A stretch of 64,000 bases of DNA from Clostridia bacterium (GTDB lineage Bacteria; Bacillota; Clostridia; UBA1212; DUPL01): contig JBMNIW010000003.1 of NCBI GenBank assembly GCA_050951325.1, positions 342,969 through 406,968 of the forward strand. Reading direction: 5' to 3'. Each line of letters begins with the position of its first letter. Within the stretch, counting starts at the first letter, position 1. Below, piece after piece: positions 9,607-19,622 of this stretch. The notes beneath the pieces are model-generated. The model did no database searches, was not told where the DNA came from, and was given only the letters and a program-made list of their open reading frames with translations. The position numbers and the translations under genes are program-made.

Positions 9607-10683
9607 TTAATTATTCTTTTTCTTAATTCTTGAAACCAGCACTATGACAACCACACCAACAACAGCAGCGGCAATTATTCCAATAATTATTCCCAAACTG
9701 CTTCCGCCCGCCGATTCATCAGAATCCGTCGGAGAAGTCTGCGCAGGCTTTTCTGTATCATCCACTTCCTCTGTAGGAGATGGGGTTGGTGTTGGCTCAG
9801 GAGTTGGTGTTTCTTCATACTCATAGCTGAAGAACAAATTGTCAATGCAGACTTTCTTGTTGCGAACACCTATCGCCAGCTGGCTTGACTCCGGATTAAG
9901 CCTTGCATTCTCAACTTTCAACATTTCATTGCCTTCCGCATCGTTAATCACGGCAGTCTTGAAATATGTAAACTCATCTTCTTCAAAAACCACTTCTTCT
10001 TCATATGTTCCTGGATCCGACATGGTTACTGTTGCAATCTTTTCATTGTTTAGATAGATTTCTACCTTTTCACCATCGTCAACAAACTTTAAATTAAAGA
10101 ACTGAGAGATATCAAACCCTTCCGGATATGGGAAATCGTAATAGCGATGCCCAATATTAATACCGTCCGGTTCGAAGGTTTTTATCGCTACTCTTAATGC
10201 ATCTGCTCTTGGCATTACCATAATACCACTGCTGCCTTGTGATGATGCACAATTTTCCCCGCCATTCTGTGTATACCAATCCAATTCAAAATATCCGATT
10301 CTGTCATTTCTTCCACCAGCATGTGCAGGATTGTATTTTGTTATTGGGTAATGTGCCCTGACAAAAAATGCAACAAACTCCGTGTCTATAACCTGAACAT
10401 CCAAACTGAAAGTATATGGAGGCTCAATCATATCGATCGTGTAAATTTCCGAATACCCCTCAAGATAAAGATATTTGTTGTCGCCGTCCTCCACAACCTT
10501 TGCTACAGGACCGGACCCTGCCAAAGTGACTTGCCAAAAATCAGTGAGATCAATAATATTTCTGGCATCATAGTCCACTTCCTCATCATTAAAATCCATT
10601 TTGAACTCAAAGGTTGCAGCGGACGATGCAATAATGATAAATAATGAGATAAGGATAAGGTTAACAATTAGCTTTTTTGTCAT
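9607..10683 (-). CDS. Uncharacterised surface protein (family member C), tandem duplicate of 8446-9531
   Basis: Same architecture; long identical peptides with neighbour (QGSSGIMVMPRADALRVAIKT, FFNLKFVDDGEKVEIYLNNEKI). Confidence 0.87.
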   Translation of the reverse strand: MTKKLIVNLILISLFIIIASSAATFEFKMDFNDEEVDYDARNIIDLTDFWQVTLAGSGPVAKVVEDGDNKYLYLEGYSEIYTIDMIEPPYTFSLDVQVIDTEFVAFFVRAHYPITKYNPAHAGGRNDRIGYFELDWYTQNGGENCASSQGSSGIMVMPRADALRVAIKTFEPDGINIGHRYYDFPYPEGFDISQFFNLKFVDDGEKVEIYLNNEKIATVTMSDPGTYEEEVVFEEDEFTYFKTAVINDAEGNEMLKVENARLNPESSQLAIGVRNKKVCIDNLFFSYEYEETPTPEPTPTPSPTEEVDDTEKPAQTSPTDSDESAGGSSLGIIIGIIAAAVVGVVVIVLVSRIKKKNN

Positions 10684-10889
10684 TATTTTTCCTCCTTTTT
10701 AATTCTGTAACACTTGCCTCATTTTTGTTATATTAAGAATAATAAATAAGTATACATAAGTCAATAATAATTAATAAATTTTATGCGGTTATAAATGCAA
10801 AAATGATATATCCATCTATGCTCCGGTTTGATTATGAAAAAAATTTATGATAAACTACATGGCAGTCTTTAATGAAAAAGGAGCCAATT

Positions 10890-13562
10890 ATGAAGGGAAA
10901 TCAGAAATACGTAACAACAATTATTCTTTTACTTTGCTTTCTGACACCTGCACTGGTGCTGCTTTTCGCATTTTCAGCTTACGGAATGGCACCCTTCGGT
11001 GAAAAATCCATAATGATAATGGACATGTCTGGTCAATATTCTGAATTCTACATAGGACTGCGTCATTTCGGGAAAATGGGCAATATGTTCTTTTCCTGGT
11101 CCAAAACTCTGGGAACCAGCTATATTGGCGTTTTTGCATACTATCTATCAAGCCCCTTGTCTTTCCTAACCCTTTTATCCTCAGAGGCCAACATGCCCAT
11201 ATTTCTTCTATTTCTGACTGTACTTAAAATTGGACTTTGCGGTATGACTTTCGGAATATACCTTATGTATATGTTTAAAAGAAGGGATTTTTCAGTTGTT
11301 CTTTTTTCCTTGTTTTATGGACTAATGTCGTATAACATAGTTTACTCCATGTGTCTTATGTGGATAGATGGAGTCATCTGGCTGCCAATCATCCTGATTG
11401 GAATTGAAGAACTGCTTAAAAAAGGCAAGAGGAAATTGCTTGTAACAAGCTTGTTTTGCGTATTCATCTCCACCTACTACATCTCCTATATGATAGGGGC
11501 ATTTTCCTGCATATATCTTGTCTACAGATATTTATCCCACTACTCTGATGAGATGCCTGTAAAAAGGCTTTTCATCTATTTTACCAAACTGATTTCATCA
11601 GCTTTGATTGCCGCACTTCTTGGTGCATGGTTTTTGATTCCAACCCTTGTTTCCCTTTTTGACGGAAAAATCGGAGGAGCAAACTACACGCCTCAAGGAA
11701 ACATCAACTTTGAACTGAAAAACCTTGTATCAAAACTCTTTCTTGGCAGTTACGACAGTATAACCAACAGTGGCATGCCCTTTATTTACTGTGGCATTGT
11801 GGTAACAATACTCTTTATTGGATACTTCTTTATAAGGAGCGTATCGGTAAAGGAAAAGGCATCCACATTTCTTGTTGCCTCTTACCTGCTGGCAAGCATG
11901 TATTTTATTAATCTGGATGTTGCATGGCACATTTTCCAATTTCCCAACTGGTTTCCCTACAGATACTCCTTCGTCTTTTTATTCTTCATGATATTTACAG
12001 CATACAAGGCATTTGATTCAATAAAGGATTTGTCAAAAGCCTTCTTTGTAACTTTTCCCCTGGTTTCGATAATGGTAGCTCAGCTGGTGTTGAAAATAAG
12101 GTACAGGTATTTGGATGAAGAAAGAATAACACTTACTGTAAAGCTCCTTGTTTTCTACATTTTCTGCCTGCTGGCAATCAATCTGATAAAGCATGTCAAG
12201 GAAAAAGAAGGGTTCGACGATTCCGTAAAAAGATATGCCATAGCATTTCTAACATTAACAATGCTTGTCATAAGCAGTTACGAGCTTTACAAACACTCCA
12301 TATACATGTTAAAAGGACTTGACAAGGCACATCATTACGAGGATATTAAGCCGTATCAGGAGTACAGGAATGCTGTAAACAAACTCCTTGAAGAAGCAAA
12401 ATCCCAAAAAGGGAAGCACGACTTTTACAGGGTTACAAAAAACTTCTCAAGAAGCATCAACGAACCAATAAGTTTTGGTTACAGTGGTATTGATCATTAC
12501 AGCTCCGCCTACAACAGAGTAGTCAATGACACATTAAGAACCCTTGGATTTTCTTCCGCCTATTTGTGGATTACCGGATACGGCTCCACAATTGTTACAG
12601 ACACAATATTAAATATTGAATACCTTATGTCAATTTCACCAGTTACTAAAAGATATGAAAAGCTTAAAACCATTGAAAACATATCCTTGTACAGAAAACC
12701 GGAAGACAGAAATATTTACGGAGAGCCTAAAGACCTAAGCATATACAGAAACCCAATTGCCTTGCCCGTGGCTTTCATGGCTGATTCGGAGCTATTGAGA
12801 AAGAAATTGAAAGCACCAAATATGTTTGCAGCACAAAACCTTTTTCTTTCCCATCTTGTTGGAGAAAACATAAACTGCTTTGAAAGAATAACACCGGAAA
12901 GATACGGGAAATACTCTTATCCCAAAGAAGACGACGATTATGTATACATGAAATCAGGCAGCGAAGGTATCGTATCCTACTATTTTATTGCAGAAAAGGA
13001 CATGGAGCTTTATGCTTACTTTCCTTTTAACAACAATCACACCAACTGCTCTGTATATGTAAACGACGTATATGTTGCGAACCTTTATTACGGTCAGTAT
13101 GACTGCGCACACTTCTTAGGCAGCTTCAAGAAAGGCGATGAGGCAAGAATCGACCTTATATTCAAGTCCACATATTTAAATACAAGGGGCAATATGTTCT
13201 ACGCTCTTGACTATGACAAGTTTGCAAGCATTTGCGATGAATTTAGAGAAGAAAGCCTTAAAGTTGACTACTTTGATGGAAATGAAATAAAAGGCACCGT
13301 TTCCGCAAAGGATAACGGCACCCTGTTTACAAGCATTCCCTATGACAAGGGTTGGTCAGTTTATGTGGACGGAAAGAAAGTAAAAACACACAAGTACTCG
13401 GACACTTTCCTTTGTATAGAAGTTCCGAAAGGCGAACACGAGATCATCTTCAAGTTCACACATGTAGGATTTGTACCAGGCCTTATTCTTTCCATAACAA
13501 CCCTATTGGGTATAATTACATTCGAAATTCTGCAAAGAAGAAAACTTATATCGAAATCTTGA
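10890..13562 (+). CDS. YfhO-family multi-TM GT-C glycosyltransferase
   Basis: DMSGQY, YYLSSP, FPYRYSF, HYSS, SIPYDKGW, VPKGEHEI; many N-terminal TM helices, large outer loop, terminal TM. Confidence 0.88.
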   Translation: MKGNQKYVTTIILLLCFLTPALVLLFAFSAYGMAPFGEKSIMIMDMSGQYSEFYIGLRHFGKMGNMFFSWSKTLGTSYIGVFAYYLSSPLSFLTLLSSEANMPIFLLFLTVLKIGLCGMTFGIYLMYMFKRRDFSVVLFSLFYGLMSYNIVYSMCLMWIDGVIWLPIILIGIEELLKKGKRKLLVTSLFCVFISTYYISYMIGAFSCIYLVYRYLSHYSDEMPVKRLFIYFTKLISSALIAALLGAWFLIPTLVSLFDGKIGGANYTPQGNINFELKNLVSKLFLGSYDSITNSGMPFIYCGIVVTILFIGYFFIRSVSVKEKASTFLVASYLLASMYFINLDVAWHIFQFPNWFPYRYSFVFLFFMIFTAYKAFDSIKDLSKAFFVTFPLVSIMVAQLVLKIRYRYLDEERITLTVKLLVFYIFCLLAINLIKHVKEKEGFDDSVKRYAIAFLTLTMLVISSYELYKHSIYMLKGLDKAHHYEDIKPYQEYRNAVNKLLEEAKSQKGKHDFYRVTKNFSRSINEPISFGYSGIDHYSSAYNRVVNDTLRTLGFSSAYLWITGYGSTIVTDTILNIEYLMSISPVTKRYEKLKTIENISLYRKPEDRNIYGEPKDLSIYRNPIALPVAFMADSELLRKKLKAPNMFAAQNLFLSHLVGENINCFERITPERYGKYSYPKEDDDYVYMKSGSEGIVSYYFIAEKDMELYAYFPFNNNHTNCSVYVNDVYVANLYYGQYDCAHFLGSFKKGDEARIDLIFKSTYLNTRGNMFYALDYDKFASICDEFREESLKVDYFDGNEIKGTVSAKDNGTLFTSIPYDKGWSVYVDGKKVKTHKYSDTFLCIEVPKGEHEIIFKFTHVGFVPGLILSITTLLGIITFEILQRRKLISKS

Positions 13563-14604
13563 CTTCCTTGTTTGTTCTTGCAGACTCGTAAAGAGCATCA
13601 ATTATCTTCATCAACACCACACCATCCTCGGCAGGGCTGATGCATGTTTTTCCTGTTCTTACACAGTCAACAAAGTGGTAAATCTCTTTGTTGAAAATAG
13701 TACCAAAATCAAAGGCACTGGAACCAGAGGGCTCTATGTCCACCATGGTATCGTTCAAGTCAGTGAAGATATGAACATGGGGATCAATCTTTGCACCGGA
13801 CTTTGTGCCAAACAACTCCACACTTCCCACATCATGCTTGATGTGCAGGTTGAAGCTTGCTTCAATGTACAAGGTCAAGCCATTCTCAAACTTTACAAAT
13901 CCCGCTGCAAAGTCTTCTGTATTTGCCTCAAAAGCTCCTTCCGAATCTATCTCCCAGGCTTTATCACCGGCAACGTCCTTGTCCCTAAGCTTGCCGTATG
14001 AAACACCATAGGCGGATACAGGAAGTGGATTTCCTGCAAGATACCTTACAAGATCAATTACATGAACGCCCAGATCAATCAAAGGTCCGCCTCCTGAATA
14101 TCTCTTGTCAGCAAACCATCCGCCAGGTGTCCCGTTCCTTCTTAAATATGAAGCCTTAGCATAGTAAATATCTCCCATGTCTCCTGCTTCAATAAATCGC
14201 TTGATTATATCCGTGTCGTTTCCAAAACGTCTGACAAAGCCAATCATTAAAAGCTTGTTGTTATCCTTTGCAGCCTTCTCCATCTCCAGTGCTTCTTCCT
14301 GGTTCATTGCCATAGGCTTTTCACACAACACGTTGGCGCCTGCATTCAATGCCGCAATGGTAGCGTTTTTATGTTCACTGTTCCATGTGCAGACACTAAC
14401 ACAGTCAAGCTCCTCCTTTTCAAGCATTTCGTTATAATCCGTATAGTATCTTGGCACATTGTATCTTGCAGCATATGCTTTTACCTTTTCCTCGTCGATA
14501 TCGCATACCGCCACAACATCCACGCCTTCTATGGCTTTGTATCCATTCATGTGGATGTGACTTATACCTCCCGTGCCAATAATACCTACATTAATTTTCT
14601 TCAT
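13546..14604 (-). CDS. Gfo/Idh/MocA-family NAD(P) oxidoreductase
   Basis: GIIGTGGI, VLCEKPMA, GGGPLIDLGVH. Confidence 0.92.
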   Translation of the reverse strand: MKKINVGIIGTGGISHIHMNGYKAIEGVDVVAVCDIDEEKVKAYAARYNVPRYYTDYNEMLEKEELDCVSVCTWNSEHKNATIAALNAGANVLCEKPMAMNQEEALEMEKAAKDNNKLLMIGFVRRFGNDTDIIKRFIEAGDMGDIYYAKASYLRRNGTPGGWFADKRYSGGGPLIDLGVHVIDLVRYLAGNPLPVSAYGVSYGKLRDKDVAGDKAWEIDSEGAFEANTEDFAAGFVKFENGLTLYIEASFNLHIKHDVGSVELFGTKSGAKIDPHVHIFTDLNDTMVDIEPSGSSAFDFGTIFNKEIYHFVDCVRTGKTCISPAEDGVVLMKIIDALYESARTNKEVKISI

Positions 14605-15550
14605 TATGTTCCCTCCTGATAATATTGCTGTCTTTAATTATATACAAAGGTCTTCTCTTGACTTCCAGATAGGTTTTTGCAAGATACTGACCCAGTATCC
14701 CTATTGAAAATAATTGAATACCACTAAGCATAAGGATTATGCTTACCATTGAAGCCCAGCCATAGGCAGAATTATGCCAAATCAGCTGCCTTATTACAAC
14801 AAATACAATTGCAGCAAATGAAACAAGACAAAGAATAATGCCTATTATTGAGGAAATTGCAAGAGGTACGGTGGAAAAGGCAACTATGCCTTCAAATGAA
14901 TACAGCAAAAGCTTCCAGAATGACCACTTGGTCTCTCCGTCCACCCTTTTTACATTTTCATACTCCAGCCATTTGGTGTTGAAACCAACCCAGCTGAAGA
15001 TTCCTTTTGAAAATCTGTTATACTCCCCCACACTAATAATTGCGTCCACCATCTGTCTGGACATAAGGCGGTAATCCCTGGCACCGTCGACAATGTCAAT
15101 CTTCGTAATTTTTCTCATAAGTTTGTAAAACAGTCTCGCGCAGAAAGACCTTATCTTTGGTTCGCCTATTCTGTTTACCCTTCTTGTCGCTGCACAGTCG
15201 TAGCCATCGTGCTTCACTGTTCTGTACATTTCGGATAAAAGTTCGGGAGGATCCTGCATGTCCGCATCCATGACAACCACATAATCCCCGGTTGAATTTT
15301 CAAGACCTGCGTACATGGCGGACTCTTTGCCAAAGTTCCTTGAAAATGATATATATCTTACCCTGGAATCCTCTTCTGCCAGCTTTTTTAGAATACCCAA
15401 TGTTCCGTCAGAGGATCCGTCGTCAACAAACAATACTTCAAACTCTACATCCTTAAATTCTTCCGTCATTACCTTTTTTAGAGCATTCCAGAAATGCGGC
15501 AGCGCATCTTCTTCCCTGTAGCAGGGAACAACAACCGATATCTTGTCCAT
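14591..15550 (-). CDS. GT2 polyprenyl-phosphate glycosyltransferase (GtrB/CsbB/YkoT type)
   Basis: VVPCYREE, VDDGSSD, FSRNFGKE, DADMQDPP, two C-terminal TMs, GILGQY..EVKRRPLY. Confidence 0.92.
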   Translation of the reverse strand: MDKISVVVPCYREEDALPHFWNALKKVMTEEFKDVEFEVLFVDDGSSDGTLGILKKLAEEDSRVRYISFSRNFGKESAMYAGLENSTGDYVVVMDADMQDPPELLSEMYRTVKHDGYDCAATRRVNRIGEPKIRSFCARLFYKLMRKITKIDIVDGARDYRLMSRQMVDAIISVGEYNRFSKGIFSWVGFNTKWLEYENVKRVDGETKWSFWKLLLYSFEGIVAFSTVPLAISSIIGIILCLVSFAAIVFVVIRQLIWHNSAYGWASMVSIILMLSGIQLFSIGILGQYLAKTYLEVKRRPLYIIKDSNIIRREHNEEN

Positions 15551-15581
15551 TGCTATCCTCTCTAACTAAATTTTACAACAT

Positions 15582-15610
15582 ATTATACCTATATTATCCA
15601 TTATTTGCAA
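15582..15610 (-). promoter_or_regulatory. sigma-A promoter for GT2-Gfo/Idh operon
   Basis: TTGCAA-N17-TATAAT. Confidence 0.65.
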
Positions 15611-15614
15611 AGCA

Positions 15615-17234
15615 CTATTTTTTTGTCACCTTGCGTATGATTTTTACAAGAGCAGGTGAGATTGAATTCAAATCCTCATCAGTTATACCACCAAAAAATA
15701 TCAGAACTTTGAAATAAACATAAACTCCGACAAGAGCCGTGGGCAAAAACGTTACAAGTACTTTCAAATAATTCGCAAGACCAATGGGTGAAAACAGAAC
15801 ATTTAACACAGTGTTTGAAACGTAAGCACACACAATCATGCAAAAGGATGCGATAAGTGGCAGAACAGCCCTTCTCGCAGGATTGACCTTTATGGACACC
15901 CTTTTAACCAAATCCCTGTGATTCAGAATCAAAGGTATTGCATATGCGATATATGTAGATATCACAGCTCCATATACATTAAATGTGGGTATCGCTATAA
16001 GGATGTAGTTGAGAAGTGCTTTTACAAGCACCGAAATACCCAAATACATTGTACTTTGGAACAGTCTGTTTACACTCTGCATGATGGAGTTCTGAAGATG
16101 AACGGTTCCCATCAGGAGAATACTGAAAGACAGGGATGTAAGTAGCATGTGATTGTTGCCAAACCCAAGCAAAGTATATATTTCCTTTGCAAACACAGTC
16201 ATAGCAAAACTAAGCGGCATAGCTACAATATATAAAAGTTTGAAGCCGTATCCCGCTCTTTCTTCCGTTCCTTTGAAGTCCTGTCTTGCGTAGGAGGCTG
16301 TAAGTGCAGGCAAAATGCTGACACAAAGAGCTGAAACCAGAGCCGTCGGCACATTTATAAGCTGTCTTGTAGCAATCATATCGCCATAAAGGGATGTGCT
16401 GACTACTTCTGAAAATCCTCCTGCCTGAAGCCTGCCGGCAATCAATGATGCGTCTATTAAATTGCCTCCATACTGTATGCCGGAACTCAATGTTATGGGA
16501 ATACTGTAATATACAAGTGTCTTGAAAAGCTTTCTGGTTGGCAGGTTCTTGCCTCTCCTGCTTTCCTTTTCAATGTAAAACCTTCGAGAACTCCTGTATC
16601 CAACGATAATGGCAAAGGACACAAAAGCTCCAACACTGGTTCCTATTGAGGCTCCTGCAACAGCCCAGACTATGCCATGGTGTTTTAGTCCAATTACACA
16701 AATAATGGATACTGCCACATGAACAATCTGCTCAATAATCTGAGACGCTGCAGTTGGTGTCATGTTTCTTTTTCCTTGGAAGTAACCCCGGTATGCCGCC
16801 ATTATTGAGCAAATCATAATACTGGGAGCAAGAAACAATATGCCCGCCCAGCTGTCCTCGTTATTCATTAAGGCAGCAATGGGTTTTGCGAAAATCGCCA
16901 TTAGTATGGATGAAACGAGCCCTACAATAATTAGAAAAAATCTGGCAAGTCTGAAAGACCTTTCAGCTTCCCTTGGGTTGTCTTGAGATGTCAGCTCCGA
17001 CACTATCTTGGATACAGCAACAGGCATTCCCGAAGTTGTAATTACATACACGAAGGCATAAACCTCACTGGCAGCTCCATAAACGCCATACCCGTAGGAG
17101 CCACCAAGGAGTTTCCTCATGACAGGGACAAAAAACAAGGATAGAATTTTAACCGCAATACTTGAAAATGACAGAATTGCAAAGCCTCTGCCTATGGATT
17201 GACTTTTTTCCTTGGTTCGTGTTTTTGTCGTCAT
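15615..17234 (-). CDS. MOP-superfamily flippase (MurJ/YtgP/YabM/SpoVB-like)
   Basis: SGMPVAVSKIVS, YRGYFQG, ASQIIEQI; about 14 TM segments. Confidence 0.88.
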   Translation of the reverse strand: MTTKTRTKEKSQSIGRGFAILSFSSIAVKILSLFFVPVMRKLLGGSYGYGVYGAASEVYAFVYVITTSGMPVAVSKIVSELTSQDNPREAERSFRLARFFLIIVGLVSSILMAIFAKPIAALMNNEDSWAGILFLAPSIMICSIMAAYRGYFQGKRNMTPTAASQIIEQIVHVAVSIICVIGLKHHGIVWAVAGASIGTSVGAFVSFAIIVGYRSSRRFYIEKESRRGKNLPTRKLFKTLVYYSIPITLSSGIQYGGNLIDASLIAGRLQAGGFSEVVSTSLYGDMIATRQLINVPTALVSALCVSILPALTASYARQDFKGTEERAGYGFKLLYIVAMPLSFAMTVFAKEIYTLLGFGNNHMLLTSLSFSILLMGTVHLQNSIMQSVNRLFQSTMYLGISVLVKALLNYILIAIPTFNVYGAVISTYIAYAIPLILNHRDLVKRVSIKVNPARRAVLPLIASFCMIVCAYVSNTVLNVLFSPIGLANYLKVLVTFLPTALVGVYVYFKVLIFFGGITDEDLNSISPALVKIIRKVTKK

Positions 17235-17280
17235 TATCCTGCCCCTGTTAGTGATATTGCATCATTATTTGCTTTCATTG

Positions 17281-17309
17281 ATTATAGCACGGCTATGGTT
17301 TTTTATCAA
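17281..17309 (-). promoter_or_regulatory. sigma-A promoter for the flippase
   Basis: TTGATA-N17-TATAAT with extended -10 TG. Confidence 0.7.
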
Positions 17310-17339
17310 TAATAATCAGGGCGGACAAAACAATTCAGT

Positions 17340-19568
17340 CTATCTGTTTAAATACCTGTCAACAGCCTCAAACAACTCATCGATCAGACTTTGGGCATAC
17401 TCCTCGTTGAAGCCTTCAACCTGAATCTTGAAACTTGGTCTGTTTTCGTCTGCAAACAATCTGACATGCACATTGTCGTTGTACATAAGAAGACCATCAT
17501 TAATCTCAAACTTACCTTCATACTGCGGACTGTTTGTAAAATAACTTATAAGCTCCGCCTTCCGGTCGTTGTCACAATATATTTCCCTCTCCTTTTTATA
17601 AATCCTGGGCAGTGAAGCGACCATGTTCTTGACTGAGAAGTCCTTGCTTGCACTGTAATGGCAGAGTGCAAGATTGAATGCAAAGTCATCAAACAACATA
17701 AGGTATTGCTGATACACTCCATCCACATCCATGTACTCCTCCATCTTTTCCATAATGTCTCCTCTTGAATCACCGCACATGACAATCTCGCTTCCAAAAT
17801 ACTCCGCTACTCTGCTGGCAGAAAGAGAGGAACCCACAGAAACAAATATTGGGGCTTCCTTGTGGTAACTTGCAATAATATACGCAGTTATGGCCTCCTG
17901 CTCCTCTTTGGTGTAATTCAAAGGAACCATTCTCAATGCCTTGTACGCCTCGTTAAAGTATTTGTATATGTCGGTAACATAAAAGTCTTCAGGGTTTGTA
18001 AGTTCCTTCATAGGTAGCACATTGTGAATGTCAACAAAGGTGTATTCTTCTTTTTCAAATATTGACTTTAGTTTCCTTCTCTCCTTTTTTGACAAATCAT
18101 TTCCATAACTGTTCAAAAACACAATAACCATACCTTCATCGCCAGTTGGATCGCTCCCTATATACACAGCCCCATCCAATATTCCTTGTCTGCACGTCCA
18201 TCTTAAGACAGGCAGCGTGATGTCATTCCCTCTCTTGACCTGCAGACCGGTTGAAGCAAGACCCGACTCAAGAGCAAGCAGCATCATCTGTGCATGCCCG
18301 GTTCCGTCAGAACTTGTTCCCACAGTAGTGCTCGGACCTAAAAGTGTGCCAAAAGACGCACCTAATCTGGCAAGATACTCCGGATTTATTGAATCAGTTT
18401 TAAAGCCAGTAAAACCACTCTGACCAAACTCAAATACGCTGCTTCTTCCTTTTGTAATTGTTCTCGTAACTGTCTTTTCATCCTCTACATGAATATTTGG
18501 CCATATTCTGACACCACTCTTTATGACTGAACACTTTCCAACAACAACTTCCTTTCCAACAACGCATTCATACAGAAATGAAGACGATCCTAATTGAACC
18601 TTGTCGCAAACAATGCTCTTTTCCACTGTCACGCCTTTTGATACATTTGTATTGTTCCATAGAACGCTGTTTAACACTCTTGCTCCCTTGTCAATTACGG
18701 TTCCGTTCCCTATAACGCTGCCGGACAAATGTGCACCGCTATTCACACAACATCCCTTGCCAATATACACAGGAGGGTTCAATATAACATTGTCTGCAAC
18801 TATTGCGTTCTTGTCTACCCAGACCCCATTGGAGATTTCAACGGCCTCGGGAATCAGCTTCACGTCCTTGTTCAATGCATCCAGGTTTGCCTTCATGTAT
18901 GCATGCTTCTCACCAATATCGCACCAGTAGCCACTGGTTTCAAAAGCATAAAAGGGAATATTGGATTCCAATATCTTTGGAAACAAATCTTTTGAAAAAT
19001 CAAAAAATGTGTTTTCAGGACACATCTCCATTACATCAGGTGAAAGAATGTATACTCCTGTATTGACCCTGTCATTCTTCACCTCGCCCCAGTCGGGTTT
19101 TTCTACAAATCCTGTTATTCTTCCACTTTCATCAGCCAATACAACCCCATATTCCAGGGGAACCGGAACCTTCTTCGTTACGATTGTCGCCTTGGAATTT
19201 ACCTTGTGATGGAAATTTGCAATTTCAGTCAAATCCATGTCAGTTATTGCATCGCCGCTAATAACAATGAAAGTGTCATCCAGAAATCCTTTGCAATTCT
19301 TGACACTGCCACAGGTACCAAGCGGCTCTTCTTCTATGAAATATGTGAGTTTTACCCCATATTCACTTCCATCTCCGAGCTCCGACTTTATTTCACCAGG
19401 CATGTAGTGGAGCGTTACTGCAATATCAGTAATGCCGTGTTTTTTTAATAAAACAACAATATGCTCAATGACACTGGTTCCAAGAATGGGAACAAGAGGT
19501 TTGGGTCTTTCACTGGTCATGGGACGCAGTCTGACACCTTCACCTCCAGCCATGATAACTGCCTTCAT
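17340..19568 (-). CDS. Sugar-1-phosphate nucleotidyltransferase (Man-1-P guanylyltransferase-like) with hexapeptide repeats and degenerate phosphohexomutase domain
   Basis: [40 protein letters not shown]; LbH repeats; FGQSGFTG start of a PGM/PMM-like domain. Confidence 0.85.
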   Translation of the reverse strand: MKAVIMAGGEGVRLRPMTSERPKPLVPILGTSVIEHIVVLLKKHGITDIAVTLHYMPGEIKSELGDGSEYGVKLTYFIEEEPLGTCGSVKNCKGFLDDTFIVISGDAITDMDLTEIANFHHKVNSKATIVTKKVPVPLEYGVVLADESGRITGFVEKPDWGEVKNDRVNTGVYILSPDVMEMCPENTFFDFSKDLFPKILESNIPFYAFETSGYWCDIGEKHAYMKANLDALNKDVKLIPEAVEISNGVWVDKNAIVADNVILNPPVYIGKGCCVNSGAHLSGSVIGNGTVIDKGARVLNSVLWNNTNVSKGVTVEKSIVCDKVQLGSSSFLYECVVGKEVVVGKCSVIKSGVRIWPNIHVEDEKTVTRTITKGRSSVFEFGQSGFTGFKTDSINPEYLARLGASFGTLLGPSTTVGTSSDGTGHAQMMLLALESGLASTGLQVKRGNDITLPVLRWTCRQGILDGAVYIGSDPTGDEGMVIVFLNSYGNDLSKKERRKLKSIFEKEEYTFVDIHNVLPMKELTNPEDFYVTDIYKYFNEAYKALRMVPLNYTKEEQEAITAYIIASYHKEAPIFVSVGSSLSASRVAEYFGSEIVMCGDSRGDIMEKMEEYMDVDGVYQQYLMLFDDFAFNLALCHYSASKDFSVKNMVASLPRIYKKEREIYCDNDRKAELISYFTNSPQYEGKFEINDGLLMYNDNVHVRLFADENRPSFKIQVEGFNEEYAQSLIDELFEAVDRYLNR

Positions 19569-19622
19569 ACAAAAAAACACAACCTTTCTCATGTTATGGT
19601 TGTGTTATTTTGCCTCATTTCC

